Assembly (NCBI RefSeq): GCF_006345805.1
Contig: NC_043004.1
Location: 103,230,001 to 103,294,000, forward strand
DNA: 64,000 nucleotides
From: Octopus sinensis
Taxonomy: Eukaryota
Direction: 5' to 3'
This document shows, piece after piece, positions 1 to 11,959 of this stretch. The first letter of the stretch is position 1; each line of letters starts with the position of its first letter. The notes beneath the pieces were generated by a model that had not been told where the DNA came from, ran no database searches, and saw nothing but the letters and a program-made list of their open reading frames with translations. Position numbers and translations under genes: made by a program.

Positions 1-475
1 AATTATATAAACTCTACGATTATTGAGTACTCTCTCATACATACATATGAACATAGGCATATACGCATGTAGATAGAAGTACACGTGCACGCATTCACAA
101 ACACATACATATGCGTGACAACGCCTATATTATTGTAAGTGTACACACATATAGAGATGCTTACGAGTTCTCAGGCATACACTGATGTCATCACATACAT
201 TTCACTGTAACCACATGTATACTTACACACATACACATGCATATACTTAAGTACGCATACATGTACATGAACCGTATGTACACACACTCACACACACACA
301 CACATACATGTATATAAATAACCATATGTACAAGCACTGTATAAAAATCTGTAGTTACATCTTTTTTCTTTATGCAAAATTTACAGTATGGGTTAAAGTA
401 GTACACAGCTTGTAATGACACACACTGAGCAACAGCAGCTGTAATCGTCGTAGTGTTGGTGGTAGTGTTGATGAT

Positions 476-1165
476 GATGGCGGCGGTGGTGGTGGTGGTG
501 GTGGTGGTGGTGGTGATGGAGTTAGGAAAGAATGGATACCGATGTTGACGGGAGTGGATGTAGTAAAAGTAGTAACAACTATGATTACATAAGTAGTAGT
601 AGTAGTGGTAGTGGTAGTGGTGATGGTGGTGGTTGATTTAGTAGACATAACAGAGGTAGTGTAACTCTGAATGGTGGTAGTGCTGGTAAAAGTAGGATAA
701 GTACTAGTAGTTGCAGTGGTGGTGGTGGTGGTGGTGAAAACAGTATAGTAGTTGCAACTAATAACAGTTGTGGTAGAAGTACTGTCAATGTTGATGGTAG
801 TGGTGGTGGTGGTGGTGGTGATGGTAGTGGTGAGGTTGTTGACAACAGTCGTCGGAAGGAGGGGTGGACGTATTGGTATCATCGATACAGTTGGTTGTAT
901 CAGAGAAGCTCACGGACAATGGTAAATAGTAGTAGTAGTAGTAATATTAGTAGGAACAGTAACAGTAGTAGTAGTAGTAGTAGCAAGAGTAAAAGTAGTA
1001 GTAGTAGTAGTAGTAGTAGTAGCAGTAGTAACAGGTGCAGCAGTTACAGAGTGGTTCAGGGAACAGTTCCAAGTGAGCTTTTTCATTCTCTATCGCTTTC
1101 TCTCTCTCTCTATCTCTCTCACACACACATACACTTAGTGCCTAGCACACACACACACACACACA
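476..1165. repeat. (GGT)n/(AGT)n/(CT)n/(CA)n simple-repeat block downstream of the PPP1R8 stop (probable 3'UTR)
   Basis: Read directly; it is the source of the poly-T/P/S ORFs. Confidence 0.9.
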
Positions 1166-1416
1166 CACACAGAGTTCTGTTTGTGGAGCAGTAGGAGCTG
1201 GTGCAGTTACTGCAGGAATATTAAGAGGAACAGCACTGTCCACAACAACAACATCAACAACAACATAGCTCACAGTGCCAAAATAGCAGTAGCCTGTCAG
1301 TTTGTCTGTCTGTCCGTCCGTTGTCCATAAGACCAACACAGACTCACACACACAGAACAAAAACAGACACATATATTTTACAGGCCATACGTACATACAT
1401 GCACACACTATAGTCT

Positions 1417-1764
1417 CTACACAAGCAATGTTGGCAACGGCTTTTTGCCCGGCCACGCTTCCTTTGCATATTTCTTCTTCTTTGGTTCCTTGGCTGCCTC
1501 TTCTGGATTCATAACCACTGGGTTTGCTTTCACTACTGGCACCACTGTTTCTTCTTCTTCAAGACTTGGCGCCAAGTTCGGAATTGGTAGGCCAAGTTTG
1601 GCTGCTATGCTGTAGGAACTTCCCATGCCGCTTTGGCCATCGCTGGTGCCACCTGGAGGAAGATCACCATACAAACTGGGAGCATTGAATGGAAAATTAG
1701 CTGAGCGTTTTACCGGTTCCACTCCCATATTTGAAGAACCTGTGCTGGATTCAACTTTGTTTCG
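1417..1764 (-). CDS. PPP1R8: NIPP1 last coding exon, ending EPKKKKYAKEAWPGKKPLPTLLV*
   Basis: tattttcag| acceptor, phase 0, TAG at 1417-1419. The C-terminus is near-identical to NIPP1 (EPKKKKYAKEAWPGKKPTPSLLI). The exon sum 44+61+154+221+145+65+348 = 1038 nt is one open frame. Confidence 0.97.
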   Translation of the reverse strand, partial: RNKVESSTGSSNMGVEPVKRSANFPFNAPSLYGDLPPGGTSDGQSGMGSSYSIAAKLGLPIPNLAPSLEEEETVVPVVKANPVVMNPEEAAKEPKKKKYAKEAWPGKKPLPTLLV

Positions 1765-2084
1765 CTGAAAATATATTTATTGAAACTTAAGTAAAATCAA
1801 ATAAAATATGGTTAAATAACAATTTCGACATTGACAACAGCACTGCCACAAAACTGACCTCAGTACATGACAGGTACCTATTTGATCAACACAGAAAGAT
1901 GGAAGGTAAAGTTATCCCCAACTGGATTTGAACTCAGAATGTAAAAGGATGGAACAAAATACTGTAAAGTATTTATTCTGACACACAACCCCAACTCATT
2001 GAAACACCATTATCAGAGGGTGCTGCAAAACGATTAAACTTATTTTGATTTTCATGGTGTTTATCAATCTATCTTCTTCATCTA

Positions 2085-2345
2085 CTATTCCTAGAAGGGT
2101 CCTCCATAGGGTCCAATCAGAAACAACTCTCATTAGACTTTCTGACAAGATTCCCAAATGTGATCAATTGAAACTTTGAACATTATTTAAACCATTTCCT
2201 TCTTAGTCTACCCTTAGGTCTCCTCCTGCCAGTTGGCTTGAAGAACCCATTTTGTGATTTTTTTCCTACAACATTCTAATCACATGTCTATTGTACCGAT
2301 ATTAAGCTGTTGCAAAATAGGGACAGAGTGTTAGCCACTTGAGAG
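2085..2345 (-). mobile_element. Degenerate RTE-like LINE 3' fragment (intron 6)
   Basis: Minus translation gives GRRRPKGRLRRKW, resembling the RTE RPRGRPRKRW motif; multiple stops. Confidence 0.5.
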
Positions 2346-4314
2346 ATTTTGTTTCTGCAAGGATTTGATTGATGGAACAGTTACCAATTATTCAGTACTT
2401 CTTTATGGTACTTACCATGGTGTAGGTACTACTAGTCACATATTCAGCAAGTACACGGGCAATATAATCACTTGGACAGTTGTGACCCCTGTTAGCACCT
2501 AATGTTTGTAAAAGTAAGTCTTCACTAAAAATTTGTAATCCTGGCTTTAACAGCCCCTTATTTTGTGCTGCAATAAATGAAACAATTCTGGAGATATAAA
2601 GGTGTTTAGGAACTTGTAGAAGGGATAATGAAATGAGAAGTTGAGATGTTGATGCTTTTCCACACAGCGTCTACTGATTCATTTCTAACTCTCTCTCTCT
2701 CTCCTAAATGTGAGTAGCCATGTAGCTCCCCTAAAACAAGAACCTTCTCTGCCCCACAACCTTTTTTTTATGCTTTAACCCTCATCTGCTAGCATAAAGC
2801 CACTTCCCCGGGATTTCATAGGCTTCCGAGCTGCATGGTGACATTACCAGTGCTGGTGTTATGAGAAAAGCACCCAGTACAAACTGTCAAGTGGTTGGTG
2901 TTAAGGAAGAGCATCCAGCCATAAAAATCATGCCAAAGTAGACACTGGAACATGATGTGGTCCTTGCACCCATCAGAATCTGTTGAACTGCCCAATCCAT
3001 ACCAGCATGGAACATGAATGCTAAATGATGATGATGGTGATGATGGTGATGATGATCAAACATAGTAGTTGCCACTAGGTGTCAAAAGCAGGTAACAGAT
3101 TTAGTTGTCAATTTCTTATATGCTCAACAATACGCACTGTGTATAATAGACATTATCATTTAACTAAAAGGCCAAACAATAACTTTGAAAAATAAATAAA
3201 TAAAAATTGAATAAAGAAGTGGAGTGACAATGAAATAGAGTTACTAGACTGCTACAACTATTGCAGTCTACCGTTAAGTAATAGGTCAGTCAATTTTAGT
3301 GGCAAAACTGGTGACATTTACTGCTAAGTTAAAACCCTCATTGCTAGGCCTTGTGATCTCTCATGGCAACCACTCTCACATCACATTGTCAAAATCACAT
3401 CACATAGTCTAGGATTCCTCTTTAACCCTTTCGTACTCAGATTATTCTGTCAAATGTAATGCTTATTTATTCACATTGTTTTGGATTAATCAAGGATTAT
3501 CATACCACTTTGAGACTTTGACATGTGATTGTTTATTTCTAGAATAATACTGTAGGGTAGATGTGAGAGGCCAGATCAGGCCACTTTGAATATAAAACAT
3601 GTGGAATTATTTGGTCAGATATGGCTGGTTTAAATGTTAAAGGGTCGAAACCCGAAAATATTTGAACCCATATCAATTACTGTGTATCTGCAAAGTTTAA
3701 GTAAAATACATACTACAGAGTACTACACAGGTATGAGAGAGTGCTGCTACTGCTGCTACCCCCAAATCTCCTAGAGCTAGACTTAATCCAGATGACCATC
3801 CAGCTGACTGGCACAAAATCAATCACCAATATACCAATATGTGAAAAGGGCTAATGGTAGAGAGGACTACGTTGTACTTGAATGGCACTAGTTTTATCAG
3901 AGTAGAAGGATGAAAGGTAAAGTTAACAGAATTTAAACCCAGAAATTGCTTTCCATCATTTGGTGAGGCACATAGCTGGTGATTAGGTTGTACCCAAGGT
4001 ACACTTTGTAATTTTGAATATTTTAACACACAAAACTGGCCTCACTTGTGCCAGTGCCACATAAAAAGCATTCACTCCACCCCGAGAAGTGGTTGGTGTT
4101 AGGACGGGCATCCAGCCATAAAAACCATGCCAAAGCAGACGCTGAAGCCTGGGGTAGTCTTCTACTTGGCCAGCTCCTATTACCCATCCTATCGATGCAT
4201 GCATGGTAGATGGATATTAAACAATGATGATGATGATGATGAAAACTAAACAACAGAACAAGACTAATAGGAGATTTAAACAACCAAAAGAAATGTGAAT
4301 AGTCAAATACTAAC

Positions 4315-4379
4315 CTTGCTAGGAATAATAGTTGTCTGCACAAGATTCCGGAATTTACCAATACTTGGGTCGATATCCT
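4315..4379 (-). CDS. PPP1R8: NIPP1 coding exon 6, (E)DIDPSIGKFRNLVQTTIIPSK
   Basis: ctcttttgtag| acceptor and AAG|gttagt donor; 65 nt; matches NIPP1 DVDPSVGRFRNMVQTAVVPVK. Confidence 0.95.
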
Positions 4380-6329
4380 CTACAAAAGAGAAAATAAAAA
4401 ATATATATATTTTCAAATAAGGGAGAGTGGGGACACTAAGCTCCCTTGTTTGAAAATATAAGGATGTAGATAGTGTGTCGAAAGCCAGCTGGAGACGATG
4501 TTTCCTGGGGCTAAAAAACAGTAACGTTCATTCTAACTAGAACTGCCACATGATGTTGGCAAATAATCTTTACTCTAGAATACTGTTACTGAATGTTTCT
4601 CATTCAGAGATTTAGAAATAATAATTTAAATATATATATATATATATATATATTGCCAGTGCTGCTGGACTGGCTCCTGTGCAGGTGGCATGTAAAAAAC
4701 ACCATTTGAGCGTGGTCATTGCCAGTACCGCCTGACTGGCCCTCATGCTGGTGGCACATAAAAGCACCCACTACACTTTCAGAGTGGTTGGCGTTAGGAA
4801 GGGCATCCAGCAGAAGAAACTCTGCCAGATCAAGATTGGAGCCTGGTGCAGCCAATTTGGTTCGCCAGTCCTCAGTCAAATCATCCAACCCATGGTAGCA
4901 TGGAAAGCGGACATTAAATGATGATGATGATATATATATATATATATATCACACACTACAAATCAAACAAGGAATAATTCTGTAATACAAAATCAGTTAT
5001 GTATGTGCATATTTGCACAGGGTGCTCAAGTAAATATTTCATGCATGAAACCATCACAACAACATTGGTGGTATGGTCATCCTTTCAGGGTTGATCAAAC
5101 AAGTTCCAGTTGGATACAGGGGTTGATGTGATTGACTATTCTACAACCACAAAATTTCGAGTTTTGTGCCTACAGTAGGAAAGATTATTAATATCACTAT
5201 TAATATTTTTTATGTCATTAATCATTGATTATTTTTTGGCATTATTGATATGTAAGAAACCTTAGTTAAATTGAGTGAGCTGGTGTGAAAAGGGCTAATG
5301 GTAGAGAGGATTATATTAAACTTGAATGGCACTAGTTTTATCAAAGTAGAAGGATGAAAGATAAAGTTAACAGAATTAAAACCCAGAAATTGCTTTCCAT
5401 CTTTTGCTGTGGCATGTAGCCTGGTGGTTAAGGTGTTGCATTCATGATTGCCAGATAATGGATTCAATTCCCAGGCCTAGCAGTGCATTGTTTCTTGAGC
5501 AAAACACGTTATTGTATGTTGCTCTAGTGCAGTGTGGGGTCTGGAATGTCAAAGAACAGACCTAACAATTCTTTTAGCGTGTCATAAAAGGTGACTGAAA
5601 GAGGTTGAGGCAGAATTTGCACTCTGACCTCGTTAAACCCTCATCAGCAATAACTTTCCAAACATGGGATGGAGGGTTGTCACTTGAGTGGGTGCAAAGG
5701 TGTCATCTGTCAGGAGCAGGGAATCACCAACAAATGATGGATACAGCGGTGTGCTATTACAGCGAATGCCTCCACCTGCAACTATTCCTTTTGGTCAGGC
5801 AGGAAAGCAGGGACCATGACATGGCCTCTTAGACTAGCAAGAGGGAGGGAGGCAACCAAACCTGAAAGCTTGCAACTGGGGGTCAGGCTCAAATGCTTGT
5901 AACAAAGTGGATGCTGCTAAGGGCACCCAAAGTGTTAGGTGGTGATGTTAAGTAGGTTATGGCAGGATCTGAACTCAGAATACAAAGATTTGAGACAAAT
6001 ATCACACGGAATCCAGTCCAATGTTCTTAAAGCTCTGCCAATCAACCATCCTGCATTCGTAACTTTTTATTGTATCAACCCCAAAAGGATGGAAAACGAA
6101 GCTAACCTCTGTAGGATTAAAACCTAAGAACACAAAGTGACAGGACAAATACAATGAGAAACTGAAATGTAAATAAATACTGCAACATATTTCATCTGAC
6201 ACTCTATTCATTCTACCATTTCATTGCCTCATTGTTTCTCATCTTTATTGTTTTTGTCAAACATCACTGTCATCTCTGACAATCCATTTTCTCAGTTTTT
6301 TAATGATTTAGCTATGGACGCATAAGAGG

Positions 6330-6805
6330 TGCAGCAACATCAAAGGGAAATTAACTGATAAGATAGCTTTCATGTGCGGCAGATGCACAGGGACAATAGA
6401 CACCACAAATACTCAGAAAACAGATTCCATCACACTCCAGGGGAAGAAACTAGAAGTTGTTGATAGTTTCCGCTACCTGGGTGACCAAGTTAGTTAGTGG
6501 AGGTGGATGCTCAGAGAGTGTCACCACTAGAATACGAATAGCCTGAACAAAGTTTAGAAAGCTCCTACCCCTACTGGCGACAAAGGGTCTCTCACTCAGA
6601 GTGAAAGGTAGATTGTATGATGCATGTGTGTGTGAACTGCCATGCTTCACGGTAGTGAAACATGGGCCGTGACTGCAGAGGACATGCGTAGACTTGAAAG
6701 AAATGAAGCTAGCATGATCCACTGGATGTGTAATGTCAGTGTGCATGCACGACAGAGTGTAAGCGCCCTGAGAGAAATGCTGGACATAAGAAGCATCAGG
6801 TGCTT
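6330..6805 (+). mobile_element. RTE-clade LINE reverse-transcriptase C-terminal fragment (intron 5)
   Basis: VDSFRYLGD..RIRIAWTKFRKLLPLL..LHGSETWAVTAEDMRRLERNEASMIHWMC, a typical RTE post-RT region. Confidence 0.8.
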
Positions 6806-7084
6806 GCGATGGCTTCAAATTTTTGACACAAGGCTAGCAGTTTTAGATTATGGGGCAATCAGCCTGCCCCCTAACCTAAAACAATGAGGCAGTGAATTAG
6901 TAGAATGAGTAGAGTGTCAGATAAAATATGTTACAATATTTATCCAGGTTCTTTTACATTTAAGTACCTCAGGTTAGTGGGCAAGCCGGTTTCATTGACC
7001 AGCAGCATTTGAATGGTACTTTATTTTATTGACCCCGAAAGAATGACAGATAAAGTGGACCATCATCATCATCATAGAACTTAC

Positions 7085-7229
7085 CGGGATTGATTATTTC
7101 ATCTTCATCTCTGAATAAAACATGACCACTTTTTCGCTTCCTTTTCAAAGGATTTGGTACTGAGTGGTCAGGTATGTCTACAAGTGATGCTATTCTACGG
7201 TTGTGAGCTGTATTGAATTCTGTTAAGTT
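7085..7229 (-). CDS. PPP1R8: NIPP1 coding exon 5 (NLTEFNTAHNRRIASLVDIPDHSVPNPLKRKRKSGHVLFRDEDEIINP), central PP1-binding region
   Basis: ttcgccag| acceptor and G|gtaagt donor; 145 nt; NLTEFNTAHN and DEIINPED are NIPP1 hallmarks. It is missing from the ORF track because it has no ATG. Confidence 0.95.
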
Positions 7230-8618
7230 CTGGCGAAATCAGAAAGGAAAAAAAATTAAATAAATAAATACAAGGATCAAAATGCTAACAACAATAGCAA
7301 CAATTCTATATTACATTTCAAAAATAATTTTGGAAAACCAGACAGCAAGCCACCACTGGGGTGTCTCCTTGTTCTACTTGACCGAAGAGAAACAGTAACC
7401 AAATCTCCTTCAAATCACAGCTTACAGTCTAAAATAAAAAAGAACACATTTAATCATCTTTTCTCTTATACTTGCTCCAATCATTGGGTAGCAGTCATAC
7501 TGGGGCACTGTTTTGAAGGGCTTCATTGAATAGATCAACTAAACCTTTCAAGAGTTTAGTCATATTTTTAAACCTGCTACTTATTCTATCAGTCTCTTAT
7601 GCTGAACTGTTAAGTTACAAGAATGTAAACACACCAACACCAGTTGTCAAGTGGTGATGAGGGACAAACACTGACACAGACACACACAACAGGCTTCTTT
7701 CAGTTTCCATCAACCAAATCTACTCACAAGGCTTGGGGTCAGCTTGAGGCTATTGTTGAAGGCACTAGCCCAAGGTGCTACGCAGTGGGATTGAGCCTGA
7801 AACCATATATTTGGGAAGCAAACTTCTTATCATACAGCCATTCTTTATTCTTTTACTTGTTTCAGTCATTTGACTGTAGCCATGCTGGAGCACCACCTTT
7901 AGTCGAGCAAATCAACCCCAGGATTTATTCTTTGTAAGCCTAGTACTTATTCTATTGGTCTCTTTTGCCGAACTGCTAAGTTATTGGGACGTAAACACAC
8001 CAGCATTGGTTGACAAGTGATGTTGGGGGAGGTCAAATACAGACACACAAACATATACACACACACACATATATATACACACACAATGGGCTTCTTTCAG
8101 TTTCCATCTACCAAATCCACTCACAAGGCTTTGGTCGATCCGAGGCTATAGTAGATGACAATTGCCAAGGTACCATGCAGTGGGACTGAACCTGGAACCA
8201 TGTGGTTAGTAAGCAAGCTACTTACCACACAGCCACTCCTGTGCCTGAGCACAATTTTAAAAAAATTAACCATGTATTATCTTTTAGCTTTGAGATTTCA
8301 AAGATATGATTGTTTATTTTTAAAATGGCATTGCTATGTAGGTGTAAGAGGCCAGATCTGGCAATTTTGAACACAAAGCATGCAGAAGATTTGAGCTGCC
8401 TATGACCAGTTTAAATGCTAAAGGGTTAACATAGATCCAACATAAACCTAGGAATAATGCATTCCAGTCATGACCATTCCAACTTATATACAGACAATAG
8501 GTTCATGACTACATTACCCAATGTGTCCTTCACTTTTAGGTGGAAATGTGTGGTTTGAGGAGAATTAGGGTGCTGTTTCCAGCAGAGTGACACCACAAAG
8601 GTTACGAGACTAGTTTAA

Positions 8619-9238
8619 CCCTTTAATATTTAACCCCACTCAAATATTCTACCTGATTTAAGTTCAGACTGTCCAGATCTGGCTTCTCACACCAAACCTA
8701 CAACATCATTCTAAAAATTAACAGTTACCTCATTAAAATCTCAAAGCTAAATAATAATACAAAGTTAATTCAAAACATGTACTCTTTTACTTGTTTCAGT
8801 CATTTGACTGCGGCCATGCTGGAGCACCGCCTTTAGTCGAGCAAATCGACCCCGGGACTTATCCTTTGTAAGCCCAGTACTTATTCTATCGGTCTCTTTT
8901 GCTGAACCGCTAAGCGACGGGGACGTAAACACACCAGCATCGGTTGTCAAGCAATGCTAGGGAGACAAACACAGACACACAAACACACACACATACATAT
9001 ATATATATATACATATATACAACAGGCTTCTTTCAGTTTCCGTCTACCAAATCCTCTCACAAAGCATTGGTCGGCCCGAGGCTATAGTAGAAGACACTTG
9101 CCCAAGGTACCACGCAGTGGGACTGAACCCGGAACCATGTGGTTGGTTAGCAAGCTACTTACCACACAGCCACTCCTGCGCTTATGTGCGTAAATAAGCA
9201 TAATTTTTTTTTAACAGAATAATGTGAATATTAAAGGG
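8619..9238. mobile_element. piggyBac-type MITE in PPP1R8 intron 4, containing a nested SINE
   Basis: TTAA|CCCTTTAATATT ... AATATTAAAGGG|TTAA. Related copies lie at about 3422-3650, 24172-24396 and 37280-37505. Confidence 0.75.
8780..9180 (-). mobile_element. tRNA-derived octopus SINE family A (head GGAGTGGCTGTGTGGTAAG, tail AAGTAAAAGAGT)
   Basis: Full-length copy. About 15 further copies, e.g. 7845-8245(-), 11380-11802(+), 18038-18436(+), 18878-19235(+), 21543-21940(-), 30835-31256(+) and 33075-33450(-). Confidence 0.85.
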
Positions 9239-9252
9239 TTAAGTTAACTTAC

Positions 9253-9473
9253 ATCGAGTTCTGTTTCTGATTCTGGAAGACCTAAAAGTCCACCCTCAAT
9301 GTCATCATTCCTTTTTTCGAGTTCTTCAGGACCACTAAGGTTACTAACAGGTTGTGGACGCTCTCTAATAATGTATATACGAGTTGAGGCACCGAAGTGG
9401 ATTTCACTGTCGACAGGAACTTGCTGGGGTTTTTTAGATTCCAACCGTATGTGACCAATAAAAGTACCATGTG
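9253..9473 (-). CDS. PPP1R8: NIPP1 coding exon 4, FHA domain C-terminal half (THGTFIGHIRLESKKPQQVPVDSEIHFGASTRIYIIRE...GLLGLPESETELD)
   Basis: ttcatag| acceptor and GAT|gtaagt donor; 221 nt; the frame continues across the 119-nt intron 3. Confidence 0.97.
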
Positions 9474-9592
9474 CTATGAAATAAAATAAGACAACAAATA
9501 AAACAGCATTGAACAAAACACAAAGTTGATCTCTTTTAAGAGACCCTTTACAGCCTCTTGGAGAATAGGGAGAAAAGAAGGCGACTACTTAC

Positions 9593-9746
9593 TGCTGCCA
9601 AGATCCATGATGAAAGGTCTAGAGAGGTGTTTGTGCCACACTAAAGCAGCATGAACACGAGAACAGGAAGCATGGTCGATGCAGAAGTCACACAGCTGTT
9701 TGTTGCGGCCAAAAAAGTAGCATTTTTTCTCATCAATCATTAATTT
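9593..9746 (-). CDS. PPP1R8: NIPP1 coding exon 3, FHA domain N-terminal half (KLMIDEKKCYFFGRNKQLCDFCIDHASCSRVHAALVWHKHLSRPFIMDLGS)
   Basis: ttttcttttcag| acceptor and A|gtaagt donor; 154 nt; carries the FHA signature residues GR and SRxH. Confidence 0.97.
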
Positions 9747-10389
9747 CTGAAAAGAAAATCCAAGTCTTATATGTACATATGTGTATACATCCTGTGCCGG
9801 TGGCATGTAAAAAAAGCACCACCCGAGCGTAGTTGATGCCAGTGCTGCCTGACTGGTGGCACTTAAAAAGCACCTACTACACTCATGGGAGTGGTTGGTG
9901 TTAGGAAGGGCATCCAGCTGTAGAAACCTTGCCAGATCAGATTGGAGCCTGGTGCAGTCTCCTGGCTTGCCAGTCCTCAGTCAAACTGTCCAATCCATGG
10001 AAAGCAGACATTAAATGATGATGGTATATAAACATACACACATATATATATATATCTTTGTAACAATAGTACATCTCATAGCACACATAAAACTATTAAT
10101 AGCAGCATATAAACCCTGGGTTGAAAACCCCTTTTGGATAGATAAGGTTGGACCCAGCCTTCAACTCCTATCCAGCCTTCTTCAACCCAATATTCTACAT
10201 GCTATTATTTATAGTTTTGTGTGTTCTTCGAATATACTACTTCGAATAATAATTATTTCATGTTCTCTTGAAAATTTATATAATTCTTATAATGCCAACA
10301 ACACACACACATACACACGCATTACCCATGCCAACCCCCTTTGCTTGTGAAGACATGTTGGGGCAAGTGAAATCGAAATCAAAATTGAA

Positions 10390-10745
10390 CCAATCCTATG
10401 ACTGGCACCCGGCAGATGCCAGGACCCCTGGACTGGTGGTACGTAAAAAGCACTATCTGAATCGTGGCCGATGCCAGCGCCGCCTCGACTGGCTGCCGTG
10501 CCGGTGGCACGTAAATTGCACCAATCCGACCATGGCCGTTGCCAGCCTCGCCTGGCACCTGTGCGGGTGGCACGTAAAAAGCACCCACTACACTCACGGA
10601 GTGGTTGGCGTTAGGAAGGGCATCCAGCTGTAGAAACATTGCCAGATAAGACTGGAGCCTGGTGCAGCCTTCTGGCTTCCCAGATCCCCGGTCGAACCGT
10701 CCAACCCATGCTAGCATGGAGAACAGACATATGATGATGATGATG
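10390..10745 (+). mobile_element. Nin-domain-type SINE family B (GGCGTTAGGAAGGGCATCCAGCTGTAG core, (GAT)n tail, internal ~60-bp GTGCCGGTGGCAC units)
   Basis: About 18 copies in both orientations, e.g. 4650-4930, 9790-10025, 13155-13447, 13985-14255, 15090-15420, 24590-24955, 31720-32335, 39190-39390, 41845-42078 and 47525-47945. They produce the recurrent LDALPNANHS ORFs. Confidence 0.8.
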
Positions 10746-11379
10746 AGAAACAAACAGAGATTGACATTGACATGTACAACACATTAAACTGCATCTGCTG
10801 TTGAAGTTCCAACTTAAGAGTTACTGAGTTTTGGGGAGTATAGGATTTCTTTTTAATCACCACTACTTGGAGATGTGCTATGGCTTGTGGTGGTAGGATG
10901 GGCCAAATAACAAAAGATGGTTCTGAAGCTAAGATATTAGAGGAAGGCACAGTCCACAGGCACATGTCACACAAGCCCCATTGGTGTGTGAACATGTTCT
11001 GATATCGCATGAACCAGTCCTCCTTGCTTTAGGGATAAAATGACCCTGTTCTTCGGGATAAGCTTGGGAGATTTGGAAACCAGAGAAGTAAACCAGCAGA
11101 AAGCAACAGGAAAGCACTGCTGTATATTTCCCAAGAAAAGCATGAATCTTCAGACTTTGGCATGGAGACCCATGAGTAGGGATACCTGCAGGCATGGCAT
11201 GCACATTTTCTTGTGTATAAGTCACACCAATAGGTAGCTCACACTCTCATTCTAAATACGACATTCTTGGCTCAGTACTTGACTTACATAAAAGTTGAAG
11301 GTTGCGATCATCAATTTTGCTGATACATGCTTGGATGAACTTTCCATCAAAATATTTGGAAAAACATATTTAATAGGCA

Positions 11380-11554
11380 TAGGAGTGGCTGTGTGGTAAG
11401 TAGCTTGCTTACCAACCACATGGTTCCGGGTTCAGTCCCACTGCGTGACACCTTGGGCAAGTATCTTCTACTACAGCCTCGGGCCAACCAAAGCCTTGTG
11501 AGTGGATTTGATAGACGGAAACAGAAAGAAGCCCATCGTATATATATGTATATA

Positions 11555-11599
<45 letters not shown>

Positions 11600-11802
11600 A
11601 TGTATGTTTGTATGTCTGTGTTTGTCCCCCCCAACATCGATTGACAACTGATGCTGGTGTGTTTACATCCCCGTAACTTAGCAGTTCGGCAAAAGAGACC
11701 GATAGAATAAGTACAAAGAATAAGTCCTGGGGTCGATTTGCTCGACTAAAGATGGTGCTTCAGCATGGCCACAATCAAATGACTGAAAAGAGTAAAAGAG
11801 TC
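11380..11802 (+). mobile_element. SINE family A, full-length, intron 2
   Basis: Same head, internal (TA)n(TG)n and tail as 8780-9180, in the opposite orientation. Confidence 0.85.
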
Positions 11803-11959
11803 CACAACTATAATGCTGACTGCCGATCATCTGCAGGGAAATGCACCATTTGTGCATCTATTCTTGAAATGGCTGTAAAAGACTATCTGCACACCTACCT
11901 TCCTAGCGCCTTTCTGCTCATCCTACTTTAGGTTTTACCAACAATGGCCAGCTTTACCT

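Noticed and set aside
370-1194. Long poly-Thr/Pro/Ser ORFs (170, 86 and 99 aa)
   Set aside because: They are translations of (GGT)n/(AGT)n microsatellites, with no splice or codon evidence.
9747-9806. ORF-track N-terminus MPPAQDVYTYVHIRLGFSFQ ahead of the FHA exon
   Set aside because: It is intronic: it lies upstream of the TTTTCAG acceptor and derives from a SINE edge.
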